The position numbers and the translations under genes are program-made. Below are positions 13,101-23,469 of a stretch of DNA of 64,000 nucleotides, in pieces; positions within the stretch are counted from its first letter, which is position 1; every line of letters starts with the position of its first letter. The notes under the pieces were generated by a model that saw only the letters and a list, made by a program, of their open reading frames with translations, had not been told where the DNA came from and did no database searches. Origin of the DNA: Azolla caroliniana (Eukaryota > Plantae > Polypodiophyta); NCBI GenBank assembly GCA_043228905.1, contig JBHGNT010000008.1:1922001-1986000 (forward strand), written 5' to 3'.

Positions 13101-13701
13101 GAAGTTGAACGGTGGATTCTTCTTTAGTGGTGTTGGAGGGGTTTACTGATATTGCAAAGAGGAACATTTCCTCCTTGTGCCCTTCTTTACGCAACTGACG
13201 TAGCGAAATGGTTGCCATCTTCTGAGTTGACCCTTGGGTTTGTCGACACCGGATTTCTCTTGTTCTCCAATCTATGTCAGGGTTATGTAACTCGAACCAC
13301 GGTAGTCCTAAAACTATAGGATGTTCTGGGATACTAATAATATTAAATGATACTACACATACTAAGTTATCTAGGACAATATTAATGGGCTCTGACTCTT
13401 CTAGGATATTTCCGGAAGCAATGGGACGTCCATCAATGACTACTACAGAGGCTGGACACTGGAGTTTTCTTAGGGATATCTTATGAGCTTGAGCAAATTT
13501 CTTATCCATAAAGCAAGAGTTAGCTCCGGAATCTAGGAGTGCTAGGACATGTACTGGAGGGGTACTTTTAGTACTAACTATTACTTGGGCTACGAACACA
13601 TCACTAACTTGCTTAGAGGGAATGGAACCACTAATGGGCTGCACAGATCTAGGGCTGTCCAACCAAACGGCCCCTATTTTGGCTGGACTTAGTCGTTTAA
13701 C
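10105..13701 (-). pseudogene. Chromovirus pol (PR-RT-RH-INT-chromodomain), one frame with two premature stops
   Basis: LLDSGANSCF; KIDLRGAYN...YLDDLLV; EADASDFALG; HHCC and D-D-E region; EYEVAAILDSK...YLVDWLGY...TWEP. In-frame stops at ~12463 and ~10939. Confidence 0.92.
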
Positions 13702-14307
13702 TCTTCTTCTAACTGACTAAGGACATCAAATTTGTTTGCTAGATCTGGGATATTAGTACTATTAGGACTATCAGATATCCCTACTGAAATAGGTTCGGAT
13801 TTAGTACAATTAGAACTAGCGACTATTTGGTTTACCTGTCTTCTTGGCCTATGGGGGCAATTTATTGCGATATGTCCTGGTCCACCGCAGTAAAGACATA
13901 GTCGATTTGTACGGCGTCGCTGCTTTTCTTCTTCGGATAATGGCCCTCGACGACGTGTAGTGTCAATCTCCATCGGAGTCGGAGTATTCGCTGGAGACGC
14001 ATTATATGACTCCCTCGGAAAAGGTCTTGCTACCACTGAGGCGTAGGTGGGCTCTGATCTTGCCCTCGGCATCTGTAGCTGTCGTTCCGAACGTTGCTCA
14101 AAGAGGCGGTTTTCACATCTCACCGCGCGACTGATTGCTTCTGTTAAGGACTTTGGCTCTTCGGGGAAGGTCAAGAGTAAATCCTTGACGTCGTTGCGTA
14201 AACCATAACGGAATTGCTCCATCAACGCTTGATCATCCCAAGGGATATCGGCGGCGAGTAGACGAAAATCTGCAGCGTATGCGGAGGCTGGACGGTCACC
14301 TTGGCGT

Positions 14308-15035
14308 TGTCGTAGTGTATTTTGTACACTACGTGAAAAACGTATATAGTATTAGATTCAATAAAAAATGAAGAAATAGAAGAAAATAGCAAAATAAATG
14401 GAACATGCATAGGGCAAGATTCGAACCTTGCACCTCCATGTTAATAATGTAATGTCTTACCATTACACTAGCATTTCATTAGTGTTAAAGCATAGATGTC
14501 CCACATAGAAAGGTAAATTCACGCTAGGATAAACATTAGAAAAACGCATAACAAAAGAAAAAGCTACACATACACATCTAGCGTGCATGATAAAAAACGC
14601 ACAAGTTAGAAAAAAGCATGATCACTTTAGATAAAGCATATAGTCTATCTATAGGAAAAGCATGGGGTCTATAGTTAGAGAAAAAGCATGGATTACTAAG
14701 ACTTCCTCATCACTACATAAGGATGGGGAGCACAATGTAATTGTGTGTGAAAAATATTTGGAAACTGGATATGTTTCTAAAAAACACCAATTAATAAACT
14801 ATACTCGTGGGATTCACGAGAATTCTATATCATTCTCTTTCAACCGAAGTTTATATTCTTATATTCATATTGATTAATCTAATACAATACACTCGTGGGA
14901 TTCACGAGTTTGCTATAACTCTTTCTTACAACATATTTATATTCTTATTAGCCTTAAAACTCTCCTCTTCCTAGTCCAAAACCCCAGCGGTTCCCACCCG
15001 ACTCACGCAACGATCTGGCGCCGAAAGGCACGACA
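14308..15035 (+). repeat. 5' LTR of the non-autonomous element
   Basis: TG...CA direct repeat of 17095-17822 (offset 2787). Confidence 0.93.
14405..14477 (-). ncRNA. tRNA-like Pol III cassette in the LTR (second copy at ~17192-17264)
   Basis: Minus strand: A-box TAGTGTAATGG (14460-14470), B-box GGTTCGAATC (14418-14427) within hairpin GCAAG-GTTCGAAT-CTTGC, followed by T4 and T6 runs. Expression unknown. Confidence 0.6.
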
Positions 15036-15039
15036 CAGT

Positions 15040-15057
15040 TGGTGAACCCGACGTGAA
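15040..15057 (+). promoter_or_regulatory. Primer-binding site, tRNA-Trp
   Basis: TGGTGAACCCGACGTGAA, complementary to the 3' end of plant tRNA-Trp (...TTCACGTCGGGTTCACCA). Confidence 0.85.
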
Positions 15058-15073
15058 GACGGGTGGCAAGGAG

Positions 15074-17084
15074 ATGGAGAATCAACAAGAGGCGATGAAC
15101 ATGATGATGATAATGTTTGAGCGGATGCAACAAGAACAACATGCGATGTCGGAGATGAAGGCGGCAGTAGAGCGGCTTCTGCGACGAAACGGGGAATTCA
15201 ACGGTAAGGGTGTGTCACGCTACCTACGTGAATATAAGGCGGAGATGATGCAATATCGGATACCGGAAGGATTGCAAGTGATATCCTTTAGTCGGGTGGC
15301 CTCGGACGAACTACAAGAGAGAATCCACAAGATACAACAACAAAACTCGACATGGGAGTCCTTTGAAGAAGCTTTACGGGAGGCATATGACTATGAGAGA
15401 TGGACGGGACGAGATCGACGAGAATTCGACGAATGGGTGGCGTCGGAGAAGACTCACCGAAGTGCAACGCAAGCGTTCCTAGAGTTCGAGCATCGTTTGC
15501 TCGACTCTCGGAGCGGGAACGAAGATTGGTGGGAGAAGATAAAGTCTTAATGTTCGTAAGATCGATCGATCGGAAAGAAAGGATGGACATCGGGATCGAA
15601 CTCGAAGATGATGACGGTGCGAACGGTCTTACCGAGGATTGGGCCAAAGTCGAAAGGGTATGCCGAAGACATGATGAAAGGAAGCTGAGAATCTCGTCAA
15701 CAACGACATGGCCCATGAAGGATGGTCGATTGAGGAAAAACGATGAAGCCGATATGAAGGCCGAAATACAACATGATGGTGCGACGGAAGAGGGTGTAAA
15801 ACAAGCTACCCTCTTGTCTTGTGAAAGAACGATGGCGAAGGATAAGGCCGATAATTCAAGTGTAGAAGGAAATTTCGGGATACAAGTGCCCGAGACATCG
15901 GGTCAAAAAGGGGTAAGCATAATAGATTTTGCATAATTGATGCAGATAAAGAGTGTGAAGCGGATGTGATTAAGGAGGTAGCCACAAAAGACGAAATCAA
16001 ATCGGAGGTGGCTATGGACGAATCAATGGCGGATTGCCATATCGAGACTTCCCCACCACTGATTCCAGAGACTCCGGCGGTTGCGATCGAAAGGCAACGT
16101 GAGACCGAAGAGACGGAAGGTGGCGGAGAGAAAACGAATGTCGAAGCCGACGAATACGATGAAGAGATAGCCGAGAAGAATGCTAAGGGTGAAACTACGA
16201 AAGAAGGTAATACCGAGGATTCATGCCAACAATATCTAGAGACTTCGGCGGTTGTGTCCGAGAACCAACGTGAGACCGGAGAGACGGGAGATGGCGGCGA
16301 GGAAGGTAAAGTCGGAAGTCGGTTCGGATGGAAAATGATCCATCCGAAATTCCAATCTAAAAGAAAGTGCGACAATGCGGAGGTCGGGTCTACGACGGGA
16401 GAAGTGCGTAATACAGAGCACGCTCTACGGCGAATAAAGAAACGCGTGTTATGGCGAATAAAGAAGCACGCGCTATGGCGAGAAAAGAAGCATGCATTAC
16501 AACCACACGAGGACCGAACAACGAGCACATATCGGAGGACCTACGTAGCGAACAACGGAAAGAAGTGCCGAAAGTCGAACCGGACAAGGCAGGTGAAAAC
16601 GAAGAAAAGAAAGCAAATCCGGACGAAAAGAAAAGAAAAGAAACCGACCCGAAAGAGCATTGAATCGGTAAAAACCGACCAACCGAGTCCGGATCGACCG
16701 AATACAAATCGGAAAGGAAGCCGAACTAAACGAAAGACGATCCGACGAGACCGAATCGGAAGTAAGCTAATACGACTAAACCGAAAATCCGAAAAGAAGT
16801 CGAGATTGATGAAGAAAAGAAAGAGGGCAAGAAAAGATACTACCGCGGATGACAAGGACCAAGCGGGCCATGCAAAAAGCGAACGAAGACTATGGTGGAT
16901 CGGATGTCGACAATGGTTTGGGTGGAAAGAATGGATGTGCTCCAAATGGAGAGACAAAGTCAACATAACAAGAGAAGTCGAGGGTACTACGAGCCGGCAA
17001 CGAAACCAATCGGGTAGAGACCGAACGGAGGAGACTAACAAACACCAACAACTTCGGCACATACCGGAGGATGTGCGGGTTTGA
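15074..17084 (+). pseudogene. Frameshifted gag plus acidic/basic low-complexity ORF of the non-autonomous element
   Basis: GEFNGKGVSRYLREYKAEM...TWESFEEALREAY and KVLMFVRSIDRKER...GLTEDWAKVERVC align by eye to the outer gypsy gag (GRFSGKDATKYLASYGAEM...TWEEFEGRLLERY; RVLLFVKSVDERDR...GLTTDWAAVKRVC). Confidence 0.75.
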
Positions 17085-17094
17085 AGGGGGTGAG

Positions 17095-17822
17095 TGTCGT
17101 AGTGTATTTTGTACACTACGTGAAAAACGTATATAGTATTAGATTCAATAAAAAATGAAGAAATAGAAGAAAATAGCAAAATAAATGGAACATGCATAGG
17201 GCAAGATTCGAACCTTGCACCTCCATGTTAATAATGTAATGTCTTACCATTACACTAGCATTTCATTAGTGTTAAAGCATAGATGTCCCACATAGAAAGG
17301 TAAATTCACGCTAGGATAAACATTAGAAAAACGCATAACAAAAGAAAAAGCTACACATACACATCTAGCGTGCATGATAAAAAACGCACAAGTTAGAAAA
17401 AAGCATGATCACTTTAGATAAAGCATATAGTCTATCTATAGGAAAAGCATGGGGTCTATAGTTAGAGAAAAAGCATGGATTACTAAGACTTCCTCATCAC
17501 TACATAAGGATGGGGAGCACAATGTAATTGTGTGTGAAAAATATTTGGAAACTGGATATGTTTCTAAAAAACACCAATTAATAAACTATACTCGTGGGAT
17601 TCACGAGAATTCTATATCATTCTCTTTCAACCGAAGTTTATATTCTTATATTCATATTGATTAATCTAATACAATACACTCGTGGGATTCACGAGTTTGC
17701 TATAACTCTTTCTTACAACATATTTATATTCTTATTAGCCTTAAAACTCTCCTCTTCCTAGTCCAAAACCCCAGCGGTTCCCACCCGACTCACGCAACGA
17801 TCTGGCGCCGAAAGGCACGACA
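17095..17822 (+). repeat. 3' LTR of the non-autonomous element
   Basis: Follows the PPT; apparently identical to 14308-15035. Confidence 0.93.
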
Positions 17823-18418
17823 GCGTAATCGCCGGATTTTGTTGATTGCGGTCCTGATGCAGTCAGTATCTCCGAAACATGCTTTAAACTCACCTAGAAA
17901 CTCTTCAAAATTGTTGAGTAACGGAGATTCCTTTTCTACTAGTGGAGCGAACCATGACAACGCTGAGCCACTTAACAAAGTGCCTACTAAACCCACTCGT
18001 GATGCATCGGTGGGATATCGGGAAGGATGCATTTGAATAACTAATCGTACCTGGTTAAGGAACCCTCTAAACTGCGATCGCGTTCCATCGAACTTCGTGG
18101 GAAGGCCAATCTTAGGTTCTTTATGAATCCCTTGTGTTCCGGGCCCATGTTGTTGCATCGCTACGATGGTGGCTTCGAGTTGTTGCACGCGTAACGCAAG
18201 TTCCCCATGTTGTTGTTGCGTTTGCTGCTTTTCTAAGGAGATTTGCTGAAGATCCCCCAGCAACCGTTGGTTTTCTTGTTCCAAAGCATGGAACTTCTCC
18301 TTCAAGCATTGGAATTCCGAGAAAACATATTGATATTCTTCAGCGCTAACAGTGGCCATGGGATGAAAGAAAAGAGGAATAAAAGATTAGTAGGAAATGA
18401 GAGAGACAGAAGGTAGGG

Positions 18419-18430
18419 AAATTGGTTCAA
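18419..18430 (-). promoter_or_regulatory. Self-priming PBS (complementary to the element's own predicted transcript 5' end)
   Basis: Minus-strand TTGAACCAATTT, 2 nt after the 5' LTR, is complementary to AAATTGGTTCAA at 18640-18651, which lies 33 nt downstream of TATAAAA (18678-18684). Confidence 0.75.
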
Positions 18431-18432
18431 AC

Positions 18433-18868
18433 TGTCATGAACAGTACTGAGACAGAGAAGGAATTAGTACTAAACGAAGGATTAGTACTATGAGAGGTGT
18501 GGAACTTCTTCGAGAGAAGGAAGAAGTGAGCGAGACAGAGAGAAAGAGAGAGAGAGAGAGAGAGAGTGTGTGATGATAAGAAAGATATTTATTATATGAA
18601 GAGAATATACAACGGTGGCTAAAAGGCTTAAGACTGGCGTTGAACCAATTTGGTTCAACATAATGCCTAGTGCCCTCTTTTATAGTGTTTTCAGGAGTAA
18701 TCCTGAAGCTTCTAGAATGTTCCAGAGAAATCTGGAATATACACTAATTTCCTATAATAAAATGTAAATGAAAATAATATCCTACGTATTACAATAGATG
18801 GTCTAATGGTCAAGAGCTCGACCCATATAACCTAAGGTCATGGGTTCGAGTCTTGCTATATCATGACA
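18433..18868 (-). repeat. Chromovirus 5' LTR
   Basis: Direct repeat of 9673-10112; flanked by the TSD CCGGC. Confidence 0.93.
18792..18861 (+). ncRNA. tRNA-like Pol III cassette at the chromovirus LTR terminus (second copy at ~10036-10105)
   Basis: A-box TGGTCTAATGG (from 18799) and B-box GGTTCGAGTC (from 18843) at tRNA spacing. The 3' LTR copy has GGTTTGAGTC. Confidence 0.6.
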
Positions 18869-18873
18869 CCGGC

Positions 18874-21309
18874 CACCAGTACTTCCCCTTTATTTTCTCG
18901 AACGTGGCCCACATTCCACGGTGTCCAGCCCAAGGGCTGTCGTGGTAGGCCGTCAGCAGCTCCTCCTATTCTTCCTTCATCGCCACCACCCGGAGCGGGA
19001 CGCCGTTCCTCTTCTTCGGGTGCTTCCATAAGTATCCGTCCCGGAGAAAGAATCGGTATGCTTTCTTCCGGATCCGGTTGGCCTCGTCCTTCGTCCATGA
19101 CGCATCCAGCGTCATTGTCCTCAAAAATCCACCGATCTGGAGCCACTCGCCGTCGTACTTGCTCTCGTCGAAGTCGTTAAGTGCCGGAGTGCTCGTCCCA
19201 TCGGTCGTCACGTACGCTGTCTCGAAGAAGTCCACGCCGACTTCTTCGTCCTCCGAAACCATGCCGCCCTCGTCATCAAACCTCGCCCTCGAAAGCATGT
19301 CGGCCATGGCGTTGTCCTTTCCGGAAATGTGCCGTATTTCCGGGTCCAGGGACTTGATGTACGCTATCCACCGGAGCATCGCCAGGTCCGGTGTCGCGCA
19401 TCCGGAAACCATGCCGAGAATCGGCAGGCAATCCGTCTCGATAACCACTTCTGTCCCGATCAAGTAGTCTTTGTCGGCCTTTACTGCCGAAACGATACCC
19501 CAGAGTTCGCGTTTAACCTGGGCGTACCCTCGCTGTCGTTCACTGAGGACATTCGCGCCGAATAGGATCGGGAACCGAATGCCGTCCTTGTCTTCTTGGT
19601 TGACGACCCATCCGATCCCGGTCGGGCTCGTATCCACCGTTATGTATACTAGGGTACCTTTCTCGTAGACAGCCTTCCGGATCGCCGGTGCTGCCGTAAG
19701 AGCTTCCTTCAGCTTCCGGACCGACTCCGTGTGCTCGTCTCGCCACTCGAATTTTCGCCCTTTCTTCAGCAACCCGTATAGCGGCTCCGCAACGTGGGCA
19801 TAATGAGGGATCCATATGTGGTAGAACGCGCATGCCCCCAGGAACCTCCGAACTTCCGTAACCGAGCTACAATCGGTCTTCATCGCGGAGATGGCTTCTA
19901 CCTTTGCCGGAGACGGCTTCCGGCCATAAGGTCCACATAGGTGTCCAACCACCAGGATTTCCGATTGCCCGATGGCCGATTTCTCCCCAGAGAAGGTGAG
20001 CCTCGCATCCTGTAGCCTCTGTAGCACCTTCTCGCAGTCGTCGGTGTGTCGCCACGAATCGCCGACATCCGTCCGGCCCGACTATCTCGTCCTTCTCCTC
20101 CACCGGCCACCCCTTGATTGGGATGTCGTCTAGAAACGGCATGGTGATGTCCGGGATGCAATCCCTTAGTACCTTGTTCATTCCGTTCACCATGTGGGCC
20201 ACCGAGTTGGTCCCTCCTTGTGGCAGGGTACACATCCGCACTAGGCCGAGGGGAGTTCGCATCGTCGTGATGTCTCTGCTCTCCATGGCTGGCTGGAACT
20301 GGTCGTACCCCGAGTATAGATCACCGACCGAGTAAATCGACCTTCCGGCGAAGGCCTCTGTGAACTCGTCTATGGTCGGTCCGATTCCTGCGTTCCGAAT
20401 GGTCACTCTGTTGACCGGCTGCAGGTCTTGAATGAAGCGCATCGTCCCGTTTTTCTTTGGTACGGTAAACCATCGGTTCGAGTATGGGGCACTCGACGGT
20501 TCGAGAATACCCATATCTACTTTCTGCCTCAATAGCTCCATCAACTTCGGGATGTGAGCTCTCGGTACCGGAATCGGCTTGAGATTCCACGGCACATGCA
20601 GTACCGTGAATATGACCATCGGCTCCACGATCGTCGGGTCTACGCACTCGATCTCTTCCGGTGAGAATGCGAAGGCTTTCCCGTGCCTTCCGAGCATTCT
20701 CCAAAACCGGTCTTCCTCCGCCGGCAGTAGGAACCCGCCCCCACCGATCTTGAGCTCCCGGAGCGTCCTGTCGGTGAAGGTGTGTCCTATGCAGGCCGGA
20801 TCTCGTAAACTGGGGTCCGACGCAACCCCTCTGATTCGGGACTCGCTGCCCTCAGGTAAGGGTGCCGCGACGGGCCTTACCTTCCGATCCACAGTCTTGT
20901 ACTTCGTGCTAACTCGGGCCATCCGATCCGACTTGAGCCCCTGACTGAAGTCAGCGATGACTTCGTACATTTCTTCGGAACATACCGGTATCGTCCGGTC
21001 TTCGTTAAGGTCTTCTCCGGCTACCTTCCTCAGCATCCCCAAGGTGTCGTCGAAGGAGACCGCCTCCACGGCTCCGCTGATTTCCTCGTCCGGGCCGAGA
21101 ACTCCGCACGCTCGAAGTCGCTCCTCCGCCCTTGCCCTTTCTCGGCCAACGATGCCGACTATCATACATCCTCCGTCGTCAGAGAAGCAAAATTTCCTGC
21201 CTATCGTACAAGGTTTCTTCGGTTTCGGTTCTATCGTACAGCTGTGGGGTCTTTCCCGAGTCTCCGGACTGTCTCGGCCCCACGCCTCGGCAGCCCTCTC
21301 TAAAAATCC
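18874..21309 (-). pseudogene. Trp-primed gypsy RT-RNase H-start of INT (frameshift at ~20040, stop at 18966)
   Basis: WFTVPKKNG...FIQDLQPVN...VGDLYSGYDQ...PQG...FLDDIPI; ITVDTSPTGIG...ELWGIV...ETDCLP...NAMADMLSR; AYHDSPWAGHRG. Confidence 0.88.
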
Positions 21310-23425
21310 TCCCGGTTCTCGCCACCGAGGGATTCGCAGTTTCGTTCGTGGTTCGGTCTCACGGTCAGAAATTGGACCGAATGGCGCCCGTCCTGGCTTT
21401 TGACCCTTGCGTAGACCGAACCGTTGTCTAGCACCTTGGTCTCCATTCGCGCCGCCGTGATGTATGGTTCCCCTAATATGACCGGGTGCGAGGACATCTC
21501 CTGTACGAAGAAGTGTTGGTCAATCTCGACGTCGCCGATCTTGACTCGCACGTTCGGGCAGGCCCCATGCAGTTCCTCGGTGGCGCGCGTCGCCGCCCGT
21601 ATCTTCCACCCGTGCTTGGTGTTGATCGGCCACTTCCCCTTCTTATAGAAGTCCATGGACATCAGGTTTATTTCCGAACCGTGGTCCACCAACGCCACCA
21701 CCAGTTCCTGAACATCTCCGATCTTCACCGGGGTCTCCGTGGTCGCTCGGGCCCAGTGTGGCCTCGAATAGTGGCTCTCCGCCCACTCATCTGCCAGCGC
21801 CGAGTCGTCGATGTGCGTCGTCCGCACCTCTACCGGTCTTTCCGGATCCGTCTCCGTCGAGAGCCTCTTCCGTTTCACCAAGTCTACAATGGAGTCATGG
21901 AACTCCTTCTTGGCGATCCCTAGCACCTCCCGCAATGACAGCTCCACCTTGCTGTCGAGGATCCGTTCCTCTAGGACCTTTCGTAGGTCCGTGGTCCTTT
22001 CTATTTCCGTCCCCAGTCGGTATCCGCCCTTCTTGGGGTTGTCTTGCGCGCTGGGCCTGCCAGCATCGTTCCGTCGTTGCCCGAATCGGGTCTCGTACCG
22101 TTGTGAAGGCCCAGCCTCTCCGGCTTTCCCCACTCGTTTGTCTTCTACCAAAGCCTCGTAGTTCCGGCAGGCGGCTTCCACGAAGCCCGTCTTCTCCTCG
22201 ACCGGATCGCTCCACCCGGTTATTTCCCGGACCCGTCTCTCAGCGCAGTCCGTTTCATCCTTCTTCAACCGTGCGCCGGCAAGACCTTCCAGCATCGCCG
22301 ACCAGAATCCGTCTTTGCCCTCCTTTCGGGCCTCGCTGCCCCCGACCCGAATGCCGGCCGACACCGAGTAGTGGATGGCCTCCACGTGTCGGGTCGCTGC
22401 CTCCTCCATCAGTCTCTTCATACCTCCTCGTCCGTCGTTTCGGTTTAGGGCCCTTCTGGTGTCGTCGGCGTGCACCCGGCCTTCCCACAGGTACACCACC
22501 CGGTTCCTCAACGCTTTCGCGAAATCGCCGCAGTCCTTCCGGATGTGGCCGACCTCGTCGCACCACATGCACCTGTTCCCTATTGCCGGCCGTAGGTCAC
22601 GAGCCGGTTCGCCGCCTTCCCTTCGAGTTTGGGCGATCTGGAGTTCCTTTATCGCCCGCGTCAACTCCTCCAGCGTTGCTCCTCCGGACGAGCCACTGAC
22701 CATGCCGGTCGAAGCCGGACTGGTTTCGAGCCATTCCCGGGTTTCTTCCCTTCACCCTGCGGTGCCGGTTCAAGCCTCCTTGCTGTGACAGACCCCGCAC
22801 CGGTCACCCCATTATCAGCCCATTCTCGTCGTTTGTCGAACCGGCCACAGACCCTCTTAACCGCAGCCCAGTCAGTCGTCAGCCCGTCTTCGGTTTCCAG
22901 CAAGGAGCCGACTTGATCCCGGTCCCGCTCGTCCACCGACTTGACGAACAGTAGGACCCGGCTCGTATCCAGAACGGTTCGGTCAAGCGCCGAAAGGCGC
23001 GCAAAGCGTTCTTCGAACTCCCGGAGGAGTGCCAACGCGTTTCTTCCCTTGCCGGGGGACTCCACCCATTCCATGAAATCTCGTTTCGAAAGCCGGAGCG
23101 CGTCGTCCAGCCCGTATCTTTCCAGGAGTCGGCCTTCAAACTCCTCCCAGGTACGGCTCTCCGCCCGCACCTCGAGCACCTCCGCGTGGATGCTCGGCAT
23201 CGCCACTCGAGGAAACCCGGCAAGACGCCTCTCTTCCAGAATGTCCCGCATCAGCATTTCTGCCCCGTAGGATGCCAAATACTTCGTGGCGTCCTTTCCG
23301 CTGAACCGGCCGATCGTACCGACGACCGCCTCGATGGCTCTGTCGAGGGCGCCGGAGCCCTCGCGTGCGCTCAATATCCGATCCACGGCCGAAGCCATGG
23401 CCTCTGCAAGATCCGCCCCTTTCAT
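21300..23425 (-). pseudogene. Trp-primed gypsy gag-protease ORF1 (one frameshift at ~22750)
   Basis: Capsid-like N-terminus, zinc knuckle CMWCDEVGHIRKDC, aspartic protease LVDHGSEINLM...VILGEPY. Confidence 0.85.
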
Positions 23426-23447
23426 CTTCTGCTCTTCTGCCGCCTCT

Positions 23448-23465
23448 TTCACGTCGGGTTCACCA
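23448..23465 (-). promoter_or_regulatory. Primer-binding site, tRNA-Trp
   Basis: Minus-strand TGGTGAACCCGACGTGAA, 4 nt after the 5' LTR; same sequence and spacing as at 15040. Confidence 0.85.
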
Positions 23466-23469
23466 AAGA

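Larger units (their letters stand above)
14308..17822 (+). mobile_element. Non-autonomous gag-only LTR retrotransposon (TR-GAG-like) related to the Trp-primed gypsy
   Basis: 728-bp LTRs at 14308-15035 and 17095-17822 (no difference seen), TSD GCGT (14304-14307 / 17823-17826), tRNA-Trp PBS at 15040-15057, PPT GAAGGGGGTGAG at 17083-17094, gag homology, no PR/RT/INT. Confidence 0.92.
13689..18359 (-). pseudogene. Chromovirus gag, split by the insertion at 14308-17822
   Basis: MATVSAEEYQ...PTKFDGTR...AINKIRRLR|QGDRPASAYAADFR...PTPMEID...CLYCGGPGHIAINC reads in frame once the insertion and one TSD copy are removed. Confidence 0.9.
9673..18868 (-). mobile_element. Chromovirus (Tcn1/Tf1-sushi-like Ty3/gypsy) LTR retrotransposon
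   Basis: LTRs at 9673-10112 and 18433-18868 (TGTCATGA...TCATGACA), 5-bp TSD CCGGC (9668-9672 / 18869-18873), PPT AAAGGGGGGATAG, C-terminal chromodomain, no tRNA PBS. Confidence 0.93.

Noticed and set aside
15015-15030. PBS-like TGGCGCCGAAAG inside the non-autonomous LTR
   Set aside because: It lies within both LTR copies, and a full 18-nt tRNA-Trp PBS is present at the correct position.
21758-22699. Long antisense ORFs over GC-rich TE coding regions (also 8145-8873 and 16541-17197)
   Set aside because: Shadow ORFs expected from GC-rich codon usage; no recognisable domains.
22661-22790. Frame change inside the outer gypsy gag as a programmed frameshift
   Set aside because: No slippery heptamer with downstream structure was evident; a post-insertion indel is more likely, as elsewhere in this copy.
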